From NCBI GenBank assembly GCA_030390025.1, contig CM059433.1, positions 7,566,001-7,630,000 on the forward strand: a stretch of 64,000 nt of DNA, written 5' to 3'. Both the position numbers and the translations under genes were made by a program. This document shows positions 39,579 to 50,891 of this stretch, in pieces. Source of the DNA: Squalus acanthias (lineage: Eukaryota). The stretch's first letter is position 1. Each line of letters begins with the position of its first letter. The notes below the pieces were generated by a model. It saw only the letters and a program-made list of their open reading frames with translations. It ran no database searches and was not told where the DNA came from.

Positions 39579-40330
39579 GGCCCGTATTTTCCGATGCCTA
39601 CGGGTGTGTACGAGCTGTGTACACACCCGTAGGGACATCAGAAATGCCGGTTTCAGGCATGTGAAGCGCATGCGCTGAAAACCGGCATTTCCGATCTGTC
39701 AAGAATGCTCTTGACAGATCGCACGCCTGCCCTGGAGAAGGGCCTCTGCGGTGGAGAGTTCTGCTTTCTGCAGAACCTCCGCCCGCTGAAATCCCTTAAA
39801 AATCTTACGCCTGGTAAAAGCCAGCGTAAGGCCTGCTTTTACCAGCATAAGAGTTTTAAAAAGTACAAAAAATAGTTTTTTTCACTCATTTATAATTCAA
39901 AAATACTTTTAAAAAAGGTAAGTTTATTTTTAGCCCCGTAAAAAACTTGAATTATTTTTTTCAAAAAATTAAAAAAAATATTTAATTTAATGTAATTTTA
40001 ACTCATTTAAAAAACGTGATGGTTTTTTAACATTTATTTAATGTTTTGATGTCTTTTTGGGGTGATCTCCATTCATATATTTGACGGGTCTATCTGTCAA
40101 AAGTATGAAGGGAGATTCCCTTCTCCTATTGGCTGGCCTGGCCCACGTGATCCCAGGGACACTTGCGAACCGCCTGCGCCCCTGGGATACGTGGGCCCTG
40201 CGCATTTCGACTGTGGAGAGGCCCAGGAGTGGAAGTGTCCGGACCTCGGGAGCCCTCAGGTAAGGGCGTAGATTTTTTTCCGATAGGAGGCATCCGCACG
40301 CAGGAAGCCTCCGATCGGAAATTACGGGCC
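39579..40330. mobile_element. Harbinger-type MITE
   Basis: TIR GGCCCGTATTTTCCGAT / ATCGGAAATTACGGGCC; ATT TSD; AT-rich core. Confidence 0.92.
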
Positions 40331-40837
40331 ATTATGCTGGGAATGAGTGTTGGCGATAACAGTAGCTGAATACATTGCATTCGCACGATATTCCTTTGTA
40401 AATGAGGCATTGATCTATTTAAAGTAAATGGCTTAATGCTTCTGTTAAAATAATGGACAAAGGAATGCCACGCATTCAGTAAGTATTCATCTACTCTCAC
40501 CAAAAGCAATTTCTAACCAAATTGCTCTTTTGACCCTGTCAAAAGCTTTATCGTCATGTACTGAAAATAAATCAGTTACACGCTGTAATCATTAAACAAA
40601 CTTAAAGTACTCAGGTAGATTTAACTCTCTACCTCCAATCTGGCATTTTGAATCTATTATATTCTTACTGATTATGAATGTTAATCCTCATATTTCCCTG
40701 TCAATATTGTCTGATCCAGTATAAATGGTGTAGGCTTTGTCCCTTGTTACCTCACAGTAACAAATAGACCTCCACCATGAGTACATAAACAAACTGAAAA
40801 CAGCCTTGAAAGTTATGGAGCATCGCTCGGCACTACA

Positions 40838-41445
40838 ACTCAACAACAACTTGCATTTATATAGCGCCTTTAACGTAACAAAATGTCCCAAGGTGCTTCA
40901 CTGCAGCTTTATCAAACAAAATTTAACACCAAACCACATAAGGAGATATTAGGACAGGACTTGGTCACAGAAGTAGGTTTTAAGAAGCGTCTTAAAGGAG
41001 GAGAGAGAGGTAGAGAGGCGGAGAGGCTTAGGGAGGGAATTCCAGAGCCTAGGGCCAAGGCAGCTGAAGGCATGGCCGCCAATGGTGGAGCGATTAAAAT
41101 CGGGGATGCGCAAGAGGCCAGAATTGGAGGGATGTAGGGCTCGAGAGGTTACAGCGATAGGGAGGGGCGAGGCCATGGAGGGATTTGAAAACAAGGATGA
41201 GAATTTTAAAATCAAGGCGTTGTCGGACTGGGATCCAATGTAGGTCAGCGAGCGCAAGGGTGACGGATGAACGGGACTTGGTGCAAGTTAGGATATGGGC
41301 AGCAGAGTTTTGAATGAGCTCAAGTTTATGGAGGGTGGAAGATGGGAGGCTGGCCAGGAGAGCATTGAAATAGTCAAGTCTAGAGCTAACAAAGGCATGG
41401 ATGAGGGTTCCAGCAGCAGATAAGCTGAGGCAAGGGAGGAGAAAA
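40838..41445 (-). mobile_element. L2 3' fragment
   Basis: LIHAFVSSRLDYFNALL..LHWIPVRQR; tail. Confidence 0.93.
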
Positions 41446-41796
41446 ATAGACAAACAGCGCACTTCACAGTAGTACACATATAGTAAGATCTGAACCTCGG
41501 TGCAATTTTTAAAATTACAATAAAGTCATCACCACTTTATCTCCGCTTCCTATTTTCTTTTCCAAAACTTGTCAATTCTGCAAGTGCAGTGACACAACTG
41601 TTCAATTGAAGCAAGTTAATGCACTCACACCTGGGAAAACTCTCCTTATCTCAAAAAAGCAGCTACAAATGGGAAAAATACTTTACATAAGGCAACATCT
41701 GGGCAGGCATAGTTCCTTTGAAAAAAATCAGAAGTTTTTAATAGCTGCATTTTAGAAGCTTTTTTGTTGCGTATAATTTATTTGAGGAGAGACATT

Positions 41797-42547
41797 GGCC
41801 CTCAATTTCCGATCGTAGGCTTCCTGCGGGCGGATGCCTCAGATCAGAAAAAATTCTACGAATTTACCTGCTGGTTCCGGAGATCCCGAGACTTCCGATC
41901 CTGGGCCTCTCCTCTCCGAAATGCGCAGAGGTCCAGGTATCCCAGGGGGGCAGGCGGTTCGCAAGCGCCCCTGGGATCACGTGGGCCAGCCCAACCAATG
42001 GAAGAAGGGAAGCCCCCTTCATACTTTTGATAGGTCCGTATGCACAGAACTGTCAAAAGTATGAATGGGGATGACTGCAAAAATGCACCAACACACTGAA
42101 ATAAATAAAGAAAAACCATTAAATATATAAAATGAATTAAAATGGCATTTAATTAAATATGTTAAACAAAACTTAAATTTTTGAATTTTTTTTTATATGT
42201 TTTAACGGGGCTTAATACAACCTTACCTTATTGGACAGGGTTTTTAATTTATAAGTGAGTGATAAAATCTTATTTTTCTATTTTTTTAAACTCTTATGCT
42301 GGTAAAAGCAGGCCTTATGCCTGCTTTTACCAGGCGTAAGAATTCTACGGCCTTTCAGCGGGCGGAAGTTGAGCAAATAGCGCAACTCTCCACCTGCAGA
42401 GGCCCTTGTTCTTGGGATTGCGTTGGACAGATCGCAAGTTCCGGGTTTCAGCGCATGCGCTTCGCGTGCCTAAACCCGGGACTTGCGCGACCCCTACAGG
42501 CGCGTACACACCTGGTGCGCACCCGTGGGGGTCGGAAATTCAGAGCC
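41797..42547. mobile_element. Harbinger-type MITE, inverted relative of 39579-40330
   Basis: TIR GGCCCTCAATTTCCGA / TCGGAAATTCAGAGCC; ATT TSD. Confidence 0.92.
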
Positions 42548-42631
42548 ATTAAATAAACATACCTGTGACTGAGAACAATAAAACGTTTTTGCCTTTAATT
42601 CCTCTGCAGCCCACAGTGGGACAAAGTAATG

Positions 42632-42845
42632 TCTGATTGGTTCTGACAGCCTGAAGTCTCACCCTCAAGCTGATCTGATTGGTTGTGACAGGCTCCTCTT
42701 GTCATCCAATTGACCCGATTGGAAAGAGGAACTGAAGGCAATCACTCTGATTGGTTTTGTCAGGTTGCAGTTCGTCCAACCAACCTGATTGCTTGTGACG
42801 GCCTCGAGTCCTGTCTACCAACTGATCCTGATTGGTTGACATCGT
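42632..42845 (-). promoter_or_regulatory. Degenerate tandem array of CCAAT-box-like motifs with TGACAG-like sites
   Basis: GATTG cores at 42635, 42677, 42717, 42749, 42787, 42830. Confidence 0.55.
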
Positions 42846-43019
42846 GACCTTTTGATCCCAGTGAAATGCAAACAAGCTGACACATGGGTTAAAAAAAAAG
42901 GCTGAGTTTCATAACAGAACCTGAGCAACTTTCAAGTTAAAAAGAACATGGGCTCCTGGACTGAACAAACTGCGCGGTTCCAGATACAGCAAAGGCAGTC
43001 ACCAGCGAGCTCACAGCAA

Positions 43020-43084
43020 TGCCTGGGAAATCAGTCCTCAATTCAGGGAGACTCCTGGACAATCCGGGAGGGTTGGCAACCTTA
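43020..43084. mobile_element. hAT-like terminus
   Basis: Reverse complement TAAGGTTGCCAACCCTCCCGGATTGTCC resembles TAGGGTTGCCAAC hAT ends; partner not found. Confidence 0.55.
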
Positions 43085-43186
43085 AACTGGCCTCGGTGTC
43101 GCTGAGCTAAGGAGTAAAAAAAATCAGAACAGGTCCCTGCCCATGGTCACTGTTCAGTGACTGATGCGAGAAAGTGTGAATTTATT

Positions 43187-44254
43187 AGCCTAGAAATTCG
43201 AACCTTTAGCGTCGGCCGTTAGGGCTGGCTTTGAAGAAAAAATGGCGGCCTCCTTGCTTCCGTCTACTTCCGCGTGGAACGCAGCTGCCGCCACATTGGG
43301 CAGGTCGGCAGCCCTGCTGATGCTCGCGCTCGGCGGAAGTATTTTAATTACCAGGAGTGTAACGTCAATCGGCATGCAACGCCGATTTGACGCACGCTCA
43401 GTGATTTTGGACGTCGCCGCTCCTCTTACCGCCCTCTCCAAAGCACACCCGTGTGTGCAGCCGTTGACGGTGCGTAGAGCCGGGAGAAAGCGGCGGTGAG
43501 CTATAAACCGTACAGTAAACACTCTGTAGAATTCACATTTACCATGGTGCTTTGAAATAAGTTACACTCAAATAACTGACTTCAATTGTCTTTCAGTTTA
43601 TCGCAAAAATTCTTTAATATGATCCAGATTGAGCTGGCTTTTTTTTGTTGTTGCTTAATTTAATTTATTTTTTTGATCTTTTCTTCAAGCTCCAGTTTAC
43701 ATCAAGAAGATGCTGATGAACCCACTAAGCAAAGAAGTATTAAGTTTTAGAGAGGGTTTTTTTTTTGTTCTTATTGAAAATCTTAACTTGTCAACTAGCC
43801 CATATCTCATAGAGACGGGAAGTAGCAATTTGCATTGTCTGGGGAATTGGGAGGAGGTGGGGCGGGTTCTCCATTGTTTCGTATCGTGATAACGTAATTG
43901 GTGGGCCCCACTAAAAGTCTTGAATTGCAAGTTGTACAAAGGGATTAAAACATTCTTAGTTCAAACACGTTCTGCTCCATTTGACATCTATGCCACCGTC
44001 TTTCACTTGGAAATGTACTGTTAATAAGGTGACTGTCCGGGAACGCCGCACCGATCCTTTGGACCCGACCTTCGGCCTCCTGCTGAGGTTACTGCCGGAA
44101 AGAGCGCGTTGCACGTGAGCTTCTGCAGTCCGCTCATTTAAATCAGCGGGCAGCACCAAAATACCGGCGCTGCCTGCGCTCTTTCTGCAGGCGGCCGTTA
44201 ACTTTGGCCCGCGGTGGCACCGCCCGTTTTCCGGCTTAATCGAATTTCTAGGCC
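43187..44254. mobile_element. Harbinger-ended non-autonomous element with unique cargo (copy A)
   Basis: TIR AGCCTAGAAATTCGA / TCGAATTTCTAGGCC; flanks ATT/ATA; interrupts a SINE whose halves (43085-43186, 44258-44345) are collinear. Confidence 0.85.
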
Positions 44255-44513
44255 ATAGACTTTGGGTTAAGACAGGATGGGGCATGGCTTAATGGCTCTC
44301 ACTGTCAAATAGCCCACTGACATGCGTTTTCTGGGTCACGCATGCAGGTCTGCCACTTGGTTGAAGTACTGGAGGCTTGCTGCCACACCTGGAACTGTAC
44401 CCAACAAGAGTCAGTGCTTTCAGGAGAGAAGCTGGGAAAACTGGGAAATTCAAGTGGGATGTTTAAGTCCTAGATCTTCTCGCTACTTCAACTGCCTTAC
44501 TTCATTTGGGATT

Positions 44514-44970
44514 GTCAGCTGTGGCTCAGTGGGTAGCACACTTGCCTCCGAGTCAGAAGGTTGTGGGTTCACAGTCCCACTCCAGGGACTTGAGCGCATA
44601 AAGCTAGGCTGACACTCCAGTGCAGTGCTAAGGGAGTGCTGCACTGTCGGAGGTGCCATCTTTCGGCTGAGATGTTAAACCCAGGCCCCGTCTGTTCTCT
44701 CAGGTGGACGTTAAAGATCTCCATGGGCACTATTTTGAAGAGCAGGGGAGTTATCCCCGGTGTCCTGGGGCCAATATTTATCCCTCAACCAACATAACAA
44801 AAACAGATTATCTGGTCATTACCACATTGCTGTTTGTGGGAACTCGCTGTGTGCAAATTGGCTGTCGCGTTTCCCACATTACAACAGTGACTCCACTTCA
44901 TTGGCTGTAAAGCGCTTTGAGACGTCCGGTGGTAGTGAAAGGCGCTATATAAATGAAATCTTTCTTTCTT
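44514..44970 (+). mobile_element. tRNA-derived Deu-domain SINE (SacSINE1-like), near full length
   Basis: A box TGGCTCAGTGGG, B-box-like GGTTCACAGTCC, Deu-like GGTGCCATCTTTCGGCTGAGATGTTAAAC, L2-type tail. Confidence 0.88.
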
Positions 44971-45320
44971 ATTGAACAGCTTTTAGCAAGTTGCTTGTGT
45001 TATGGGTAAACTGACATAGACCAGCTGAGCGGCTTGATTTGTGCCTCCTGCTAGCTGTTCACAAAGTGGAGAAGTTCCCCAGTTCTTCCTGTCCTCCCAG
45101 CTGGAGGAGGATGTGTGGTGGGAACTTTGGCAAGCAACGCAATTAAGGATCTCTTGAATTGATTTAGCAGAACAATCAGTAAAAAAGATTAAATATTCCT
45201 AAACTAAAATTTAAAAAAAACACAGAAATTTGAACACAGATCAAATAGATCTGGGTGATGCATCTTTTGTGTCTCACACGTTTTATTTAACTTATAGTAA
45301 AACTCCAAACTAAAAGCATG

Positions 45321-47164
45321 GGCCTAGAAATTCGAACCTTCAGCCAGTTTTAAAGAAGAAATGGCGGCCGCCTCGCTTCCCCGCCCACTTCCGATGCGGA
45401 ACATGGCGGCCGCCATATTGGGTAGGTCGGCAGCGCTGCCGTTGCCTGTGCTCGCCGCAAATATGTTAATTACCAGGAGCGTGCAACGTCGATCAGCGTG
45501 CAATGTCGAATTGACGCACGCTCAGCGATTTCGGACGTCGCCGCTCCTCTTACCGCCCTCTACAAAGCACGCCCGTGTGTGCGGCTGTTGGCAGCGCGTA
45601 GAGCCGGGAGAAAGCGGCGGTGAGCTAAGAACTGTACAGTAAACAGCTGCTGAGATAACTGGTAACTATGGAGAGCTCAGACTATGTAATTGGAGTGAAA
45701 ACTGCTTCCAACGAGATGCATCAAATCTCCCCCCAGTCAGTCAAACATTACCGTAAATACTTTTAAAATAAACTACACTGTATTACAGTTGTAAGAATCT
45801 CAGGAAAAAAATCAAAGCTGCATTTCCTTAAATTTTATACATTGGGTTTTCTAGTTTAGGAACTGATAAAATAATATGCAAAGTTTTGAAATCTGTTTTT
45901 AAAAGGCCAAAAATTAAGGAAGATTTAACACTATTCTCACCAAGAAACATAGAAACATAGAAACATAGAATCTAGGAGCAGGAGTAGGCCATTCGGCCCG
46001 TCGAGCCTGCTCCGCCATTCAATACGATCATGGCTGATCATCCAAATCCAGCACCCTGTCCCTGCCCCAATCCCCACAGTACTCACATCCCACCCTACCC
46101 CCGTAACCCCACGCATTTAATTCCCCCTAACATATCCCATCCTATCCCCATAACCCCACATATTTAATCCCCCCTAACACTAAGGGTCAATTTATCATAG
46201 CCAAATCAACCTAACCCACACATTTTTGGACTGTGGGAGGAAACCGGAGCACCCGGAGGAAACCCACGCAGACACGGGGAGAATGTGCAAACTCCACACA
46301 GACAGTCACCCGAGGTCAGATTCGAACCCGGGTCTCTGGCGCTGTGAGGCACCAGTGCTAACCACTATGCCACCGTGTTGCCTGGTTCTTCAAAAGTCTT
46401 GTTGTTAAAAATGTAATTGAACTCTCTTCTGCACGATTTACACCAGTAAACTCGAGACCAAGAGGTTCATGTTTCCCTTTAAAAAAAAAATTATTTCAAT
46501 TGATTTCTCATGCAACGGTTTAAGGACATCTGTGCCACAGTCTTTATGTGGTGTTTCCAGTCACAGTCCCTCCAGATCTGAGCCTGTGCTTTAAGAGCCA
46601 CTCACCAGGCAGTGAATCCCCTGTGTGATATGCAGGCTAGTGCCCTGTCACTGCTCGCTGCAAGGTGGTGCATCCCCTCCCCATCTCCCTTCCCCTCCAG
46701 CACCATGGTGGAGCACAAAACCTCCAGACAGCAAACATCTGGGTGAAACATCTGTGGACCTATGGCAGCCAACGAAGGCAGGAGTACCAGGCAGTCTGGT
46801 ACCCATTTGTGGAACCCGCACAAGACCCAGACAAACGTCCGAGAAAGTAAGAGGGGAGCCGTGGACAGGCAAATGCTTCCTAATGTGCCACAACGGACAA
46901 TGCTCCAACCCTACAGGGGCCATCAGCGGACTCGATAACTCCTGACCCAAATTATCACAAACGGCACATTGCCCGAGAAGGCCGCACCGATCCTTCAGAC
47001 GTGACCTTCGGCCTCCTGCTGATGTTCCTGCCGGAAAGAACATCGTTGCACGGGAGCTTCTGCGCTGCGCTCATTTAAATCATTCTGCGCTGCCTGCACT
47101 CTTTTTGCTGGCGGCCGTTAACCTTGGCACCGCCCGTTTTCCTCCTTGATCGAATGTTTAGGCC
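45321..47164. mobile_element. Harbinger-ended non-autonomous element with different cargo (copy B)
   Basis: TIR GGCCTAGAAATTCGA / TCGAATGTTTAGGCC; ATG TSD at 45318-45320 and 47165-47167; arms homologous to copy A. Confidence 0.88.
45943..46382 (-). mobile_element. HE1-like V-SINE with CR1 3' end, nested in copy B
   Basis: Head and V-domain nearly identical to 17300-17544; (CTATGTTT)n tail. Confidence 0.9.
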
Positions 47165-48240
47165 ATGGTTTCTGAAAAACGTGGAACAAGTGTGGTTCAT
47201 TCTCTTTAGCCGTATCTAAAAATAATACACCAAGTTGCTCCTGTGTAATGGACTTTAGATAAAGTAAAACTAAATGAAAACTGCATCAAGCCTCTAATCC
47301 TTCCAATTGCTTGACTTTTTCTCATTTCAGGACATAACTGAATCATTTAATGATATTTACATTTCTGCAATGAAACATAATTAAAATTTTGAGGTCAAAA
47401 AGCTGCCAATTCATGAATTTAAAACTTCAAATTTGTGGGGTGAAAATGCAAATATTAGAAATACAAAGCAAAGTGAGTTCTATTTGTATTATTCACTCCA
47501 GTGTAGCTGCTTTAATAGCTTAGGCCTGGCCAATCAAATACCTTATATAATTAAAGTACTTAGTATGCCAAACTGTATGCCAATTTCAATGGTCATTAAA
47601 TCAAAGGCCTTCAGAAAATGTTAATGCGAGCAGTCAATTGTTGACAAAATAGAGGTAAAAGAGAACAGAAACTATTCAATAATCGCTTCCATATATTAAG
47701 CAGTGTACTCAGTGATGCTTTTTCCACTGCAGTTACAGGCACAGTCCAAGCTGAAAGCTCTATTAAAGCTCACACAAGCAAAATAATGTAATCAAGCTAA
47801 TGCAGGCTGCAATTGGCACTAAAATAAACCTCAAAGCAATATAGGTAGACACAAAAAGCACATATATATGTCGAGAATGAAAGAATACTGTTCAACATGG
47901 AAAGTGTAATGCAGACTGCTAACCAACACAATCAATCTTCTCCATCCTCTGTCTTCATGTAAGGGGCAACAACATCTAGGGGTAATCTTTCCCTACTAGC
48001 CGGGACAATCGTTCATTAATAGCACATATTTGAGCCCGCAATGGGGCTTTCATTCACTGATGCCAATTCCTGAATTACCTAAAATGTTTTATATTGATGT
48101 CTGTGTGCTGCAGTAAATTGGAGGCCCAATCAATCTATGGCAGACTCCTGTCCCTGCAGCTTACTTGGATTCTCACAAGTACTCCCAAGTACTGGCTGAA
48201 GCCTTCAGTTAATATATTTGAACTCGAAAGAAAACATTTC

Positions 48241-48981
48241 GGCCACGATTTAGCCGGCGCTCAGAGAGGCGGGTCAGAGGTTAAAGCCCTATTAATTGAC
48301 GGCCCGCCTCCAAACAACCTTCCCAAGTGTCGGGTCCCCAATTTGCGAATGGACCCGACACCTAGCAGCGGGAAATGGATTAAAGGCAATTACCTGCCTA
48401 TTAACAGGTACTTGTCAGTAGTGTTCAGCCTGTTTTTGATTTTCCCGCTTCTGGGTCGGGTTTCCCGACGTCCGGACACCACGCCAGGTAAGTGTGGCGT
48501 GTTGAGAGTCTGGTGTAATGTTTCTGGAATGATGACAGCTGCAGAAGTGGTGTGAAGGATCCAATGTTGCACATGGTGAGTTTCAGAGCAAAGAAAATGT
48601 TGGTTACTGCATTTTTAAAACATATAGATTTCATTATCTTACAAGTTTTTAAATCCAACTATATGTCCAGTGCCACCTCATTGGGAGCAAGAGTTCACCT
48701 CTGTGTAGTGATCGTCAGTGTTTGCAGCACTTCAATGTCAACTGTCAAATGTCAAAATAAAATTGTGCATGGTCCCTTTAAAGAAACCGGCAGATGACGC
48801 ATCATCAAATGACGTCATCAGACCCACTTCCTGTTAAATGGCCGGTAAGCCCGCAGGCCGGGCTAAACAAAGTCAATCAAGGGAAAATCATGTCTGTGGA
48901 GCAGAGGCAGCTGGGGAGGGGACTGGAACCCGGAAACCAGCTGACCCCCACCCATCCCGCGATGAACGCAAAATCGCGGCC
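48241..48981. mobile_element. Harbinger-type MITE
   Basis: TIR GGCCACGATTTAGC / GCAAAATCGCGGCC; flanks TTC/TAC. Confidence 0.75.
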
Positions 48982-49597
48982 TACAAGTCAGACCTACTTG
49001 TCAGCCTTTCTCTGCTAATTTCCATGGACCAGTGTTAAGATTTTTGGTCTAAATGAGATCCCAACAACTGACCCTCAGGCCAGATGGTATTCATTCCCTC
49101 TGTTCTCCTGAATATCCCGTTGATCACAGCATTCCGTTCCGCTTTGCTTTACACCTGTCCCAATTAACAATGTATTCTTTATATTGCTCTGCAGGTCTTC
49201 CCCGATATATACGCGTTGACCTGCCTGGCACCCAAGCTTTAAAAATGTAAATCTCAAAAGATTTGAAATATCACAAGATTTTCAAGTGCCCCAACTCTCC
49301 AGCTATTTAAAAATACCAGGAAGGAGGAGCGGGTAGGGGAAGCTGGCAAACGAAGGTCCTGGTTTGGGACTTTGGCTTTGTGACATCCTGGCTGTCCCAA
49401 CTGAGTTTCCCTCCCCCTCTCATGTTGCATCATCTCCCTGATCAACGGTGTTTCTCTTCTTTTCTTACCCCTGCTCAAAAGGGCGTCTCTCGCTCCCTCC
49501 ACTTATCGCAACAGGAGTTCGTTTTGCCGCTCTTCGGCAGGTTTTCAGTATGAACATTATTTCTCCCCGTCAATTCTCCACAACAGGGGAACTATCA

Positions 49598-49712
49598 GCA
49601 AAAGCAAAACACTGCGGATGCTGGAAATCCGAAATAAATACAGAAAATGCTGGAAACACTCAGCAGGCCAGGCAGCATCCGTGGAGCGAGGAACAGAGTT
49701 AACGTTTCCGTC
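49598..49712 (-). mobile_element. Penelope-like 3' terminal repeat (also about 38715-38790, 24980-25050, 39475-39560)
   Basis: AAAATGCTGGAAACACTCAGCAGG..GAACAGAGTTAACGTTTC recurring; CTGATGAAGGG core at 39477. Confidence 0.6.
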
Positions 49713-49879
49713 AGAAAAGGGGAATTATCAATCTCTTTTCTTACCCTTGCTCCAAAGGCTCTCTTCTCTGTCTGTCTGTCTGTCCCCCAACTGGATGGCT
49801 GCCTCTCTCCCTGTCCCTTCAACTGTGTCCCCAAGAAGGGCCCTCTCTCTTTCACTTGCCGTGTCTTTTATTCCTTTTA

Positions 49880-50410
49880 ATTGACAGGCGTGGCTCCCTG
49901 TCGGGCGGGGAACACTCTGGAGGAGGCCGTAGCCCCAGGTTAGGAACCTGCTGCTGCATTAGTGGGAGCGTGGGGGCTGGGGGGTCCGGTCCTTGTGGGG
50001 GTGGTCGGATCCCCGATCCCGGGGGGGGGGGGGGGCGGTCACGGTGGTCTTTGGATGGGGAGAGGTCCGATGCCAGGGAAGAAGGTAGATTGATGGGCTG
50101 GGAGGAAGCACTCCTGCTCCTCCTGGCCCACAAGCACTGCTGTAAGGGTACTTACCTTTTCTCCGAAGCTGTCCTCGCCTCCCTTGAGCTGCTGGGTTTC
50201 CCCAAGGCCCGGGAAACCCAGCTGGCCAGGGTTAAACATGCAAGACAGGTTAAAGCTGAGGCTGCCAACCTCATTATAATATGTGAATGGCCAACCCTCC
50301 CCCTGCCCGCCCCCTGTCCCACCTCCATTGGGGTCGGGTTTGAGATTTTAAATTTTTTTACATCTAACCCGACCCCAACCCAACCATTTGTGGGGGTTAA
50401 AATTACCCCC
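49880..50410. mobile_element. Harbinger-type MITE right portion
   Basis: GC-rich, ends in AAAATTACCCCC; left end not established. Confidence 0.5.
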
Positions 50411-50891
50411 TGATAGTCTGGGAGGGAGCAGATCACAGTAGTCTAGTTGGAGGGTGTTCTTGGAAATAGTACTCCTGGGTCTCAAACTCTTGCACAAGCT
50501 TGTTCAGGCTGGGGGGGAATTGGTCATTGGGTGGCTCCTGGGACTTTTTCTGCTAAGAGATTTAACAAGTGTATCTCTGCATTTGAAATTTTGCATTGCT
50601 TGTTTATTTTATAATCTTTGAGTGGCTGGGTAGGTTCACTCCTTTTATTTATTTGAATCTGTGTATCTGAAAGAGGAAAGAAAACCAAGAACAGCAGAGA
50701 AAGGGTAACTTAAAAGTGGGAAATTGTGGAATGAATGTAGTGATACAAGGAGAGCAGAAAAGTCCTGAATTTAGACAACGTATATATGGGGAAATTTGCA
50801 AGTTAATTTAATACTTTCTTTGAAATTTCCAAAGCACTTTGATTTGATTTGTTTAAGTGTGAAAACTAATTTTTCTCCAGTTATATTCAGT

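Noticed and set aside
42632..42845. CRISPR-like repeat/spacer array
   Set aside because: Repeats are short and degenerate, spacers are partly related to each other, there are no cas genes, and the context is vertebrate.
44514..44600. tRNA gene
   Set aside because: It is the head of a SINE, continuous with the Deu-like body and tail; the same applies to the HE1-like heads.
47978..50410. One large Harbinger element spanning both GGGGTAAT ends
   Set aside because: Flanking triplets do not match (TCT vs TGA) and continuity of the interior is not evident.
49856..50413. 185-aa Gly-rich ORF and similar short ORFs in MITE arms or antisense to LINEs
   Set aside because: GC-rich repeat sequence lacks stops by chance; no recognisable domains.
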